A stretch of DNA of 26,252 nucleotides from contig JAYTHU010000181.1 in assembly GCA_043732305.1 (NCBI GenBank), positions 1 to 26,252 of the forward strand, in the 5' to 3' direction. Below the pieces are notes generated by a model. The model was not told the DNA's origin and searched no databases. It saw nothing but the letters and a program-made list of their open reading frames with translations. The stretch comes from Oligoflexia bacterium (GTDB lineage Bacteria; Bdellovibrionota; Bdellovibrionia; JABDDW01). This document shows, piece by piece, positions 1 to 9,597 of the stretch. The stretch's first letter is position 1, and every line of letters begins with the position of its first letter. The translations under genes were made by a program, and so were the position numbers.

Positions 1-169
1 CAAGCGTTCATCTGAATTTCATAGGAGGAGTTTGCTAGCATCTGCTGATAGGCCTGGGTTTAGATCTTGAGTATTCCGTTGATGGGCGATGGATCTGTCG
101 TTCTTGTGCCGCAACCGGATAGGCATGGAAAATTTACCTCCGACATGTCACATGTGTTAAATTTAAGGG

Positions 170-727
170 GTGGTTAAGGTCACTCATTTTATTAAATTAT
201 TTATTCTATTTTCACTATTTCTGATTTCCTTTGCTCATGCAGAAGATGGCAGAAGCGTGCTCTCCTTCGAACTTATAGGAGGGGGACTCACTTATCATAT
301 GGCTGGTGATGCGTCCCCTTATTACACAGATAAAGTCAGCTCTGATGGACGTTTGATTGATAATTTCATCTACGGCGCGGGAGTTAACTATATCGATAGT
401 ACCGGACTATATATTTCAATCCGCTACTTTAAGGGCAACAATTCAGTTCATCTGCCTATCAACGGTGGAACGTTTTCGGCTGGCGCGGCATATAAATACC
501 TAGACGTAGGTTGGATCATCGGTGGTTATGTACAAAATGAATATGACTTTATTGCGACCGGCATTATTCCATTTTCACTCAATCATGGTTCCAATTCGGT
601 TGTTCCGATTATTGGGGTAGAAATAAGTCCCAAACTTCCACTGGGTAATTCCTTTTATTTAAAACTAAATAATATTCTCACCCCTCTCCTCACCAATCAC
701 ACAATCTCTCTTGGATTAAATTTTTAG
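170..727 (+). CDS. Secreted small outer-membrane beta-barrel protein, possibly PagP-like
   Basis: Signal peptide ending AHA; alternating beta-strand pattern; C-terminal SLGLNF (BAM signal); TYH...N...G and NNS...GGY motifs loosely resemble PagP-like barrels. Confidence 0.6.
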   Translation: MVKVTHFIKLFILFSLFLISFAHAEDGRSVLSFELIGGGLTYHMAGDASPYYTDKVSSDGRLIDNFIYGAGVNYIDSTGLYISIRYFKGNNSVHLPINGGTFSAGAAYKYLDVGWIIGGYVQNEYDFIATGIIPFSLNHGSNSVVPIIGVEISPKLPLGNSFYLKLNNILTPLLTNHTISLGLNF

Positions 728-755
728 AAAATCCAGTCTTTGATATTACGTTTGC

Positions 756-968
756 TTATGGAGCTTTCTGCGAATTGACACCTGGTATACCGACGGCTGG
801 CGGAGTCACAGCTGGTGCAGTATTTCTCCCAATATTAGATGGACTGAAAATCCTAGGATATTTGATGATGATGGTCAGGAAAATAATAATCATAATGATC
901 GCAAAAACGTGGATCTTTTTACTGTATCCCGTTTTTTGGTGGGGGCCTTGACTTGATTTATGAGACAT
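756..968 (-). CDS. Small single-TM membrane protein, hypothetical
   Basis: AGGAG RBS upstream of ATG; one hydrophobic helix (VFAIIMIIIFLTIII); Pro-rich tail. Confidence 0.65.
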   Translation of the reverse strand: MSHKSSQGPHQKTGYSKKIHVFAIIMIIIFLTIIIKYPRIFSPSNIGRNTAPAVTPPAVGIPGVNSQKAP

Positions 969-1052
969 AAAAACTCCTGTGTTCGATTTAAAACCAACTT
1001 TTACTTATACACTCTTGGATCCAGAAATCACATCGTAAAAACTGACTCTTGA

Positions 1053-1338
1053 CATCAGTTTTCAATTGCAATACACGTCATAAGGGTCCTTGGAGTTCAT
1101 AAGGGTCAACAAGTTTACTCTAGCGAAATCAGAAAAAGATATATCACTTCTGGATATTTATAAAGCAGTAGACGCTCCCAAGGCATTTTCAATTCATACT
1201 TATCCAAAACAAAAAGGTTGCTTGGTTAGTTGCGCCATTAAGTTTGCAGTGGGAAATGTTTTGGATAAAACCCAGAAGTCTTTAGAAGACAGTTTAAGTG
1301 AAACGACCAAGAATGAATCAGGACTAGAAAACTATTAA
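1053..1338 (+). pseudogene. Rrf2-family transcriptional regulator relic with internal deletion
   Basis: One frame (1056-1115) reads QFSIAIHVIRVLGVHKGQQV (Rrf2 N-terminus). It is joined out of frame to FTLAKSEKDISLLDIYKAV...CLVSCAI (Rrf2 C-terminal half). The HTH core and start codon are missing. Confidence 0.8.
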
Positions 1339-1374
1339 AAACTAATTCCGAATAATTGAGAAAGAGAGAGTAAA

Positions 1375-2121
1375 ATGAAAGAGACAGAAAAAGTAGCTTT
1401 TATCACTGGCGGAAATCGTGGATTAGGATTTGAAACCGCACGAGAACTGGGAGAAAAAGGAGTCAAAGTTGTCATTGGCGCCCGAGATTTAAAAAAAGGC
1501 GAAGAAGCACTTAAAAAATTGGCAAGACTTGGCATTGAAGCACAAGTTATTCAGTTTGATGTGACAAAAACCTCTGATCATAAAGCAGCTTTTGATTATT
1601 TCGAAATGAATTTTGGTCACTTAGATATTTTAGTCAACAACGCCGGAGTGATGTTGGATTCAGCGGCACCCACTGATGTTGCATCCACACTGACATTGCC
1701 CATCCAAAAACTACGTGACACATTCGAAGCGAACTTTTTTGCGCCGGTAGCTCTCACACAAATTCTTGTGCCACTGCTTAAAAAATCCGTAGGCGGCAGA
1801 ATTGTAAATCTTTCTAGCATTTTAGGTTCATTGTCACTTCATGCAAATCCTAAGTCCCCCATCTATGCGATGAAACATTTTGCTTACGATGCTTCTAAGA
1901 CGGCGCTAAATGCTTTCACAATCAACCTTGCTTACGAACTTCGAGATTCTAAAATCAAAGTGAACTCCGCTCATCCTGGTTGGGTGAAAACAGATATGGG
2001 AGGTCCCTCTGCAACTATGGAATTGAGCGAAGGTGGGAAGACAAGTGCTCAATTGGCTTTACTTGCAGATGATGGTCCAACGGGTGGATTTTTTCACTTA
2101 GGTGAAGCTCTCCCTTGGTAG
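1375..2121 (+). CDS. Short-chain dehydrogenase/reductase (carbonyl reductase-like SDR)
   Basis: TGGNRGLG, NNAG, catalytic YDASK, HPGWVKTDMGG. Confidence 0.95.
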   Translation: MKETEKVAFITGGNRGLGFETARELGEKGVKVVIGARDLKKGEEALKKLARLGIEAQVIQFDVTKTSDHKAAFDYFEMNFGHLDILVNNAGVMLDSAAPTDVASTLTLPIQKLRDTFEANFFAPVALTQILVPLLKKSVGGRIVNLSSILGSLSLHANPKSPIYAMKHFAYDASKTALNAFTINLAYELRDSKIKVNSAHPGWVKTDMGGPSATMELSEGGKTSAQLALLADDGPTGGFFHLGEALPW

Positions 2122-2151
2122 TGGGCTAACACCTGATCTATAAATATTTCT

Positions 2152-2182
2152 AAAGCCGCAGCCGCGCGGCTTTTTCTTGTTT
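2152..2182 (+). terminator. Rho-independent terminator after the SDR gene
   Basis: AAAGCCGC-loop(6)-GCGGCTTT followed by a T-rich tract. Confidence 0.75.
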
Positions 2183-2211
2183 AATACATCTCGCAATCAT
2201 AAAACCCTTTT

Positions 2212-3345
2212 ATGAATATTGGAAACGGGCTGCTCTCTTCTAACAGTATGATCCTCCTAGAATGGGAAAAGCGGGTACGGAAAAATATCAAATCCGCGAG
2301 TAATTTATCGCAACCCGTTCTTATAGATACCCTCCCCGCTTTTTTAACAAATCTCCGTCAGGCCCTAGATATTAATCACCCGCGCAATACAGCGACAGAA
2401 GGAAATAATATCGCGCAGGAGCATGGGGCAGATCGGGCACGCGTGACCCATTACGGGCCAGATCAAATAATTCAAGAATATAATATCCTGAGACAAGTGA
2501 TTGAAGAGGAAGTATTGGATAAAATAATTTCGACGAAAATCGAAATGTCCATTATTCAGAAATCTTTTGATCAGGCAATTCAAGAAGCTATGACCGCCTA
2601 TTTTCTCGTGCACAGAAATGTTCGTGATCAATTTATTGCAACACTAACGCATGATTTGAGAAATCCCTTGGGGGCCTCATCAATGTCTGCCGAACTCATT
2701 AAGAAAAAGTTAAGAGAACCTTTAAACGAAACCTTAGCCCTAGAAATTGAGGATTTGGCCACAAATATTGTAAAGAGCTCTAGACGCGCAGATCGAATGA
2801 TTCAAAATTTGTTGGATTCAAACATGCTTCAGGTTGGCGAGAAGTTATCGATTCATCTCCAAAAATTCGAGATGAAAAAGATTATCGAAAATATTGTGTC
2901 CGAGCTAAATGATTCTCAAAGATTGAATTTAAAACTACAAATCGCGAACGTAGAAGGTTGGTGGGATGAAGATCTGGTTTTTAGAGCACTTGAGAATCTT
3001 GTTTCCAACGCTTATAAATATAGACATGAAAACGGTACCGTCACCATCAAAGTTGAAGAAATACTTGGACGAGCCATTGTAACAATTCACAATGATGGAC
3101 CTCCCATTCCTGCAGAGGATCGAGATTTATTATTCCAGGCTTTCAGGCGTTCCGAAGCCGCACTCACCAGTGGAAAAAGGGGATGGGGGCTAGGATTGAC
3201 CCAAGCCCGAAGTGTTGCTGAGTCCCACGGTGGCAGCATTGCTGTTGATAGCTCAATTGATTGTGGAACCACGTTTACTTTTGATATTCCGGTCGATGCA
3301 AGGCCGCTTCAAAAAATCATCGCAGAACACAATGATCAATTTTGA
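2212..3345 (+). CDS. Cytoplasmic sensor histidine kinase (RsbRD_N-like domain, HisKA, HATPase_c)
   Basis: H-box THDLRNPL, N-box ENLVSNAYKY, G-boxes NDGPPIP and GWGLGL; N-terminal helical domain with EHGADRA motif; no TM segment. Confidence 0.9.
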   Translation: MNIGNGLLSSNSMILLEWEKRVRKNIKSASNLSQPVLIDTLPAFLTNLRQALDINHPRNTATEGNNIAQEHGADRARVTHYGPDQIIQEYNILRQVIEEEVLDKIISTKIEMSIIQKSFDQAIQEAMTAYFLVHRNVRDQFIATLTHDLRNPLGASSMSAELIKKKLREPLNETLALEIEDLATNIVKSSRRADRMIQNLLDSNMLQVGEKLSIHLQKFEMKKIIENIVSELNDSQRLNLKLQIANVEGWWDEDLVFRALENLVSNAYKYRHENGTVTIKVEEILGRAIVTIHNDGPPIPAEDRDLLFQAFRRSEAALTSGKRGWGLGLTQARSVAESHGGSIAVDSSIDCGTTFTFDIPVDARPLQKIIAEHNDQF

Positions 3346-3486
3346 TTCCGATAGTAACATTGGCATTTCTGGTTGGGAGCATGATGTTTGGAGAAAAATA
3401 TTTTAGCCAAGATTTTGACCCTACTTATTCTTCTCGCTCTATCTAAAGACGTAGAAATAATTAGAGCAATCTGACTACAATCGGAA

Positions 3487-4437
3487 ATGACTCAATTTTG
3501 GATGCTCATATTGCTTGCTCTTATGCCCTGCCTAGCCCATAGCCAAGAGGCGGTTTTCTTAGGGTCAGTGGGCGGCAGAGACTATATTTTTTCTTTTCTG
3601 GATCAGACGATGGGTCCCCCGGTGAATCCTCCTGATATCGAAATCAATGAGCAAAGCGGATTCGTCAATATTCCTCTCTACACTGACCGATACACTTCTG
3701 TTTCATTTATCGGTCACGGGAAGGCGACAGAACTAAATGCTCCTCTGAATTTCACGGATCGAGGACTCATTACACCCCAAAATTTTGGAACGATAGATGG
3801 TGGATTTTCTTGGAACCAACAAAATTGGATGAAGAAGAAATACGGCGCTTCCGCTACCTACGGTAGTGCTGGAACCAACCTTCTAGGCAAAGGCTATACC
3901 GCTCTGATCACGGCGTCGGCGTATATAGAAACTCCGAATGATGCTGGCAACTCATGGATATTTTTTATCAGCTATTCAAACAATCGAACTTTTCTTAATA
4001 ATATTCCACTTCCAGGAGTAGCTTTTTCTGTAAACGGGGATAACTATAAAATTCTGATCGGTCTTCCGTTTGTGCTGGTCAGCTGGCGACCAGACCCCGT
4101 AGCATTTCTTTTTTCTATTTCTCCATTTTCCGCAGTCACAGATTTAGGAGTGCGAGTTTGGGGGCCGATTCAAATTTATTCAAGTGCTGCCTGGACTCCC
4201 AAAGCCTATCAAAATCTTTTGAGTGACACGAGCGGCGACAGACTCATCTTTGACGAAAAAGAAGTAAGCGGAGGTATACGGATATTTTTAGGAAAACAAA
4301 CAAATCTCTCAGGAGGTTATATCTACGGATTTGCACGAAGATTTTTTCTTGGCCAATCGGTTTTTAGTCCAACAGCCAACCCTATAGCCATAAACGATGG
4401 CACTGGATTCACAACAAAACTACAGGTGGCATTTTAA
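3487..4437 (+). CDS. Putative outer-membrane beta-barrel protein
   Basis: Signal peptide ending AHS; aromatic/Gly-rich beta strands; C-terminal LQVAF. Confidence 0.7.
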   Translation: MTQFWMLILLALMPCLAHSQEAVFLGSVGGRDYIFSFLDQTMGPPVNPPDIEINEQSGFVNIPLYTDRYTSVSFIGHGKATELNAPLNFTDRGLITPQNFGTIDGGFSWNQQNWMKKKYGASATYGSAGTNLLGKGYTALITASAYIETPNDAGNSWIFFISYSNNRTFLNNIPLPGVAFSVNGDNYKILIGLPFVLVSWRPDPVAFLFSISPFSAVTDLGVRVWGPIQIYSSAAWTPKAYQNLLSDTSGDRLIFDEKEVSGGIRIFLGKQTNLSGGYIYGFARRFFLGQSVFSPTANPIAINDGTGFTTKLQVAF

Positions 4438-4763
4438 TGAAAACAAAAAGTATCATTCAATTTATTTTTATAAGCTCACTCACGCATTTGTCTCAAGGTT
4501 TAGATGTCTCTCTAGCCGATAGTGGCGATCCACTCAAGAGATTGATTGTGGAAAATAAAAGATATGTGAACGCGCAACTTTCCCACAAACCCATGGCGGT
4601 TACTTTACGCATAGAACTTTCTGAAACACAGAAACCATTTACAGCTATTCTAAGTTCTTCGGACTCTAGAGTTCCGCCAGAGATAATTTTTGATCAAAGC
4701 TTGGGAGATCTTTTTGTTGTCAGAGACGCCGGGAATATTTCTAGCAATAAGGTCAATGCGTGA
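4437..4763 (+). pseudogene. Truncated secreted beta-class carbonic anhydrase
   Basis: QKPFTAILSSSDSRVPPEIIFDQSLGDLFVVRDAGN matches the beta-CA core. The Zn-ligand Cys of CxDSR is Ser, and the ORF ends before the HxxC motif. Confidence 0.85.
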
Positions 4764-5833
4764 GTAATCCTCCGGGGCAGACACTTCCAGCATCGGAAGC
4801 ACTTAGACTTTTGACAAACCCATCTCACGATGTAGCTTGTCTCGATGTTCGTTCGGAAGATGAATTCGCTTGTGGAGCTATTCCATTATTTTCGAATCGT
4901 CCGATTCTCAATAATGAAGAACGACACCTCGTTGGCCTTTGTTATAAAACCGAAGGCCAAAATCAAGCCGTCGAGTTGGGATACAAGCTGGTTTCCCCTC
5001 ATAGAGAAGCACGGGTCAAAGACTGGATAGAAGTTTTATCAAAAGGTAAAACTCATTTGGTTTCTTGTTGGCGTGGCGGCATGCGTTCCCAGATCGCGAC
5101 TGAATGGTTGCAGGAAAAAAACTTTCCTGCCATTCGAGTCGAGGGCGGAACAAAAGCATTGCGAGGTGAACTTCTCAAGCAGTTTGAAAATCTCCCAGAG
5201 CTGATTGTGATTGCGGGACCAACAGGTGCGGGGAAAACAAAACTTATCAATTCTATATCCACTAACAAAGTGGATCTTGAAGGACTAGCTCATCACAGAG
5301 GAAGTGCTTTTGGAAGACAGCTTCTGAATCCACAACCAAGTCAAGCTACCTTCGAAAATAATTTAGCTTTTGAACTTTTGAAAATTGGTCCGAAAACTTT
5401 GTTTTTAGAAAATGAGAGTCTTGCCATAGGCTCGGTCCACCTTCCCAATTCCCTATTTCAGAAAATCAATCGAGCAGTCATTGTTAAAATAAATATGTCC
5501 CTCGAAGATCGCGTAGCGAATCTTTTTACAGATTACGTCACGCAACCCTTAGCCGATGGAATTTCTCGAGAGATGCTCAGGGATTATTATCATACGAGTT
5601 TGACTCGTATAAAAAACAAACTAGGTGGATTGAAAGAAAGCCAATTGCACACTCTCATGGCGGAGGCGTTTCAGAATGACGATTCTGAAAAACACCACAA
5701 GTGGATTCAGGAACTTCTCACCCATTACTATGACAAAACTTATGAACACTCTTTGAATAAAACACCGCATCCCATTGCCTATGAAGGAGATTGGAACTCA
5801 TGTCTGAATTGGATCCAAAATCAATACGCCTGA
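4760..5833 (+). CDS. mnmH: tRNA 2-selenouridine(34) synthase SelU/MnmH
   Basis: Rhodanese DVRS and CWRGGMRS, P-loop GPTGAGKT, DLEGLAHHRGSAFG, QPSQATFEN; adjacent to selD. Confidence 0.95.
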   Translation: MSNPPGQTLPASEALRLLTNPSHDVACLDVRSEDEFACGAIPLFSNRPILNNEERHLVGLCYKTEGQNQAVELGYKLVSPHREARVKDWIEVLSKGKTHLVSCWRGGMRSQIATEWLQEKNFPAIRVEGGTKALRGELLKQFENLPELIVIAGPTGAGKTKLINSISTNKVDLEGLAHHRGSAFGRQLLNPQPSQATFENNLAFELLKIGPKTLFLENESLAIGSVHLPNSLFQKINRAVIVKINMSLEDRVANLFTDYVTQPLADGISREMLRDYYHTSLTRIKNKLGGLKESQLHTLMAEAFQNDDSEKHHKWIQELLTHYYDKTYEHSLNKTPHPIAYEGDWNSCLNWIQNQYA

Positions 5834-6861
5834 CAGAAACAGTTAAAAAAGGCGGCTGTGCAGCAAAACTTCCTGCAGGCCAATTGAAAAATATTTTACA
5901 GAAATTAAACATTAAAAAACTTCCCGAACTAAGTGTCGGAACTGAAAATATGGATGACGCCTGCCTGTGGGATTTAAAAGATCTTGGAACCGGCTTGAGT
6001 CTCGTTCAGACTTTAGACTTTTTTACACCCATCGTTGATGACGCCTTTGATTTTGGATCGATCGCTGCTGCGAATGCTCTCAGTGACGTCTATGCGATGG
6101 GAGGATATCCTAAAATAGCACTCAGTATTCTAGCGTTCCCTACTCATCACTTACCCCTGGAGATATTGTCCTCGTTAATGGGTGGGGCTATAGAAAAAAT
6201 AGAAGAAGCTGGCGCTTGTTTAGCCGGTGGGCACACGATTGATGACGACACTTTAAAGTTCGGTTTATCCGTCACTGGATTTGTTGAGACTAAAAATACC
6301 TGGAAAAACATGGGGGCAAAACCTGGCGACGTCCTGATTTTGACAAAAGGTATTGGAACTGGGACACTAACCACCGCGCTTAAAAATCGTGAGTTGAAGG
6401 AAGAATATTTCGCTCCTTTGATCGCGAGCATGAAGCAACTCAATAACGCTCCCGAACTTTTAAACGGCATCAAAGTAAATGCCGCCACTGACATCACTGG
6501 ATTTGGCTTAGCTGGACATCTTTTGCAAATGGCAAGAGCAAGTGGCGTACAAATAATTTTGAATGTTGATGATGTGCCACTGCTTCCCGGAACACTCTGG
6601 TCACTAGGTGAAGAAAACTTAAACCGAGCCCATGGAACAAATTTTGATTACGTAAAAAATGACCTTAACACGGAAAATCTTTCGGCTATTCACCAAGGTA
6701 TTCTCACTGATCCGCAAACATCCGGCGGGCTTTTGCTTGTGATTCCCGAACAATTAGCAAAAGCGGCCGTGGAAAAACTCATCGGCCGCTTCCAGCAAAC
6801 TAAAATAATTGGAAAAATTACGACTATAAATCCTGGGCTAACGACACTACAAGTCGGCTAA
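5800..6861 (+). CDS. selD: Selenide, water dikinase (selenophosphate synthetase), Cys-type
   Basis: RLT...GGCAAK, DDAC, QTLDFFTPIVDD, AANALSDVYAMGG, GGHT, TDITGFGLAGH, DPQTSGGLL; AAGGAG RBS before ATG 5800. Confidence 0.97.
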   Translation: MSELDPKSIRLTETVKKGGCAAKLPAGQLKNILQKLNIKKLPELSVGTENMDDACLWDLKDLGTGLSLVQTLDFFTPIVDDAFDFGSIAAANALSDVYAMGGYPKIALSILAFPTHHLPLEILSSLMGGAIEKIEEAGACLAGGHTIDDDTLKFGLSVTGFVETKNTWKNMGAKPGDVLILTKGIGTGTLTTALKNRELKEEYFAPLIASMKQLNNAPELLNGIKVNAATDITGFGLAGHLLQMARASGVQIILNVDDVPLLPGTLWSLGEENLNRAHGTNFDYVKNDLNTENLSAIHQGILTDPQTSGGLLLVIPEQLAKAAVEKLIGRFQQTKIIGKITTINPGLTTLQVG

Positions 6862-7059
6862 AGGATCTCTGCCTCCACCGGATAAATCTTCGTCCTGATG
6901 GGTTGGATTGTTTTTAGCTTTTTTATAGTCAGGCACTCCAGCCACATCAGTATTGTTGATTCCCTCATCCGCAGGCTTGTATTGGTCTGGCTCAAGGGTA
7001 TTTGAAGATTTGAAATTAGAATCTGGGGTGTTTTCGGACTTAATTCTCTTATCTTCCAT
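6847..7059 (-). CDS. Small acidic hydrophilic (probably disordered) protein
   Basis: GAGGAG RBS before ATG; 70 aa rich in D/E/N/K/P; converges on and overlaps the selD 3' end. Confidence 0.65.
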   Translation of the reverse strand: MEDKRIKSENTPDSNFKSSNTLEPDQYKPADEGINNTDVAGVPDYKKAKNNPTHQDEDLSGGGRDPLADL

Positions 7060-7315
7060 GGATAACTCCTCGGTATAGGTTTTAAGTTCTCTGATATGGT
7101 AAATAGCAAAACGCGTGCCTTTCGAGTATCTTCCCTAAAAAGGGGTGACTCGGTATTGGTGCCTCTGCTGTCAATGGGAGCACAATATCGCTCGTAAAAT
7201 CGGTGGGCTCGACTCCATGAATTTGAAATCGGAGTTTGTGAAAAAAAGTTAGACTCCAGACCACTTACTGCGGTATATATTTTGTTTAGTTCCATCTCAA
7301 AAGGAGATTCAAATA

Positions 7316-7702
7316 GTGTTCACAGTGCTTGCAGCTCTTGAGAAATTTTATTCAGAACTAGCGAATGGCAATCCCACTGCTGCTGCCACAGCTCTACCTG
7401 AAAATATAAGTTTCGCGGTGGCTGGAAAAAGTTCCGTTGCCGGCAAATACAATAAACAAACTTTTTTCAGCGAGTATTTGATGAAGCTCCGCGAACTTTC
7501 TGGCGGAGAATTGAAAATGGAAATTCACGATATTTTAGGAAGCGATCGCCACGCCACGGCACTTCTCACCTATTCCGTCACACGTGATGGAACGACTACT
7601 CAAGTTCGCTCTGTGCATGTCTGGCGCGCTGAAAACGGCAAATTGGCCGCAGGTTACGAGTACCCTCGCGACATGTACCAGTTCGATTTGATCTGGAGCT
7701 GA
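7316..7702 (+). CDS. SnoaL/NTF2-like fold protein
   Basis: AAGGAG RBS with GTG start; AGKSSVAGKY...HVWRAENGKL...QFDLIWS pattern typical of SnoaL-like proteins. Confidence 0.85.
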   Translation: MFTVLAALEKFYSELANGNPTAAATALPENISFAVAGKSSVAGKYNKQTFFSEYLMKLRELSGGELKMEIHDILGSDRHATALLTYSVTRDGTTTQVRSVHVWRAENGKLAAGYEYPRDMYQFDLIWS

Positions 7703-7710
7703 GGGTTCCA

Positions 7711-9189
7711 ATGACTCTTCGAGAACAGTCCATAAAAGAACTCCGGATCATCGAGAATGAGCGAAGCAATTTCTACAGCCTCTTTCTTCAAACTCCGGAA
7801 ATGGTTTGCATCCTTCAGGGTCCGGAGCATCGTTTTATATTTGTAAATCCCGCTCATGAACGCGCCCTAGGATTTAACGCGACCGGTTTGACTGTGCGTG
7901 AAGCACAGCCAGAATCAGTAGAAGTTCATGGGATTTTGGATCAAGTTTTTGCCACGGGAAAGACTGCCGAACTGAGAGAAATAACGGTTACTTTGAATGA
8001 CCGGCGCCGTTATTTTAATCTCACCTATTCTGCGAGTAAAGATATTGACGGTAAAATAAGCGGCATTCTGATTTTAGGATCGGAAGTCACCGAAGTTGTA
8101 GAAGCTCGAACAATCTTAAAGTCGAGTGAAGAACAAGTAGTAAATATTTTAGAATCAATGAGCGAAGCGTTCTTTGCCGTGGACAAAAACTGGAATATTA
8201 TTCGAGTCAATGCGAAGCACGAGGAACTATCGCAAATTAAACGAGAGAATCAACTCGGTAAAAATTTTCTGACCGTGTTCTTTTCGAATCGTAAAATTCG
8301 GGAAAATTCAAAATCATTGAAAACCTATATTGAAGCCATGGAATCCAGAAAAGCTGTCTACGTCGAAGATTATTACGGTCCGTTAGATAAGACATGTGCC
8401 GTAAACGTTTATCCGCAGTTGGATGGGGGTCTTGCTTTTTTCTTTAGAGATATTTCAAACGAAAAGCAGGCGGAAGTAGAACTTAAAAAAGCAATTTTAG
8501 CTCGTGATGCATTTTTGGGAATCGCATCGCACGAACTCAAAACGCCACTCACTTCTCTTAAACTGCAGAGCGAAATCAACCGAAGATACTTAAAGAAATC
8601 AGGTCCCGGATTTTTTACCGCCGAAATTTTAGAAAAGCTTATTCAGAATCCACTCATACAAGCCGAGAGACTCTCTCGCTTGGTTGACGACATGCTCGAT
8701 GCCTCTCGCATTGCATCTGGAAAACTCTCCATCGAGCTTAAGGAAATAGATTTGTCTAACTTGTTGGAGAACACTTTAAAGGGATTTTCTATTCAATTGG
8801 ATTTAGCGAAATGTTCCGTATCAAAAAAAATCACGCCAGAGGTGATGGTGGAAGCAGATGCCCTACGGATTGAACAAGTCATTGCCAATCTCATTAGCAA
8901 TACTTTGAAATATGCCTCCGGCAAACCTCTAGAAATATCTCTGCGGAAAACTAAAGATTCAGCGGTATTAAAATTTCGAGATCACGGACCCGGCATACCA
9001 AAAGAAAATCTTGATCAAATCTTTGAGCGCTATGAAAGACTTGTCTCGCCCAGTGAGATCAGTGGTCTTGGGCTTGGGCTTTTCATCAGCAAAGAAATTG
9101 TTGAACGTCATGCAGGAAAAATCACAGCTATAAGCGAGTTCGGTCAGGGCACCGAGTTTACTGTTGAACTTCCTCTAGTTCAGCTTTGA
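7711..9189 (+). CDS. PAS-PAS sensor histidine kinase
   Basis: Two PAS domains (GPEHRFIFVNPA; AFFAVDKNWNIIRVN), ASHELKTPLT, NLISNTLKY, DHGPGI, GLGLGL. Confidence 0.93.
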   Translation: MTLREQSIKELRIIENERSNFYSLFLQTPEMVCILQGPEHRFIFVNPAHERALGFNATGLTVREAQPESVEVHGILDQVFATGKTAELREITVTLNDRRRYFNLTYSASKDIDGKISGILILGSEVTEVVEARTILKSSEEQVVNILESMSEAFFAVDKNWNIIRVNAKHEELSQIKRENQLGKNFLTVFFSNRKIRENSKSLKTYIEAMESRKAVYVEDYYGPLDKTCAVNVYPQLDGGLAFFFRDISNEKQAEVELKKAILARDAFLGIASHELKTPLTSLKLQSEINRRYLKKSGPGFFTAEILEKLIQNPLIQAERLSRLVDDMLDASRIASGKLSIELKEIDLSNLLENTLKGFSIQLDLAKCSVSKKITPEVMVEADALRIEQVIANLISNTLKYASGKPLEISLRKTKDSAVLKFRDHGPGIPKENLDQIFERYERLVSPSEISGLGLGLFISKEIVERHAGKITAISEFGQGTEFTVELPLVQL

Positions 9190-9597
9190 CTTCTTGTTCA
9201 GTAAAATTCCGTCAACCGAGTATCGATTGCACTCGTTGAAAAACAACAAAAGAAAATAAATAATTACATAGGTCATTTGCAAACCAACAATATCCCAACG
9301 TTGAATAACGCCCATACCAAAAATCAAATTTAACATCAGCAGCGAACCCAGCAGATAGAAATAGCGACTTAAGAAACCAACCAACACAAACAGTCCTATT
9401 ATTGCTTCAAAATATGGAATCACTTGCACAAAAGCCACCACACTCCATTCCGGAAGCGGAGATTTTGCGAAAAGAGTCAAAGTATCGCCAACAAATTTAT
9501 CGTATCTACTCCCTAAGCGTCCAACACCGTGAATAAACATGTTCATCCCCAATGCTAATCTCAAAACAAGGTACGCTAATTTTTTATCTGTGCTCAT
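9175..9597 (-). CDS. DoxX-family membrane protein
   Basis: LRLALGMNMFIHG, EAIIGLFVLVG, C-terminal YSVD; four TM segments; GGAG RBS. Confidence 0.85.
   Translation of the reverse strand: MSTDKKLAYLVLRLALGMNMFIHGVGRLGSRYDKFVGDTLTLFAKSPLPEWSVVAFVQVIPYFEAIIGLFVLVGFLSRYFYLLGSLLMLNLIFGMGVIQRWDIVGLQMTYVIIYFLLLFFNECNRYSVDGILLNKKSKLN

Noticed and set aside
1..150. Minus-strand short ORFs (GGAGG-preceded 35-aa ORF; another frame with LSGC)
   Set aside because: Ambiguous frames at the window edge; the LSGC frame lacks a hydrophobic signal and contains a stop
6858..7295. 145-aa minus-strand ORF and the 60-aa ORF at 7082-7264
   Set aside because: No RBS or recognisable motif; the long ORF overlaps the better-supported 70-aa gene
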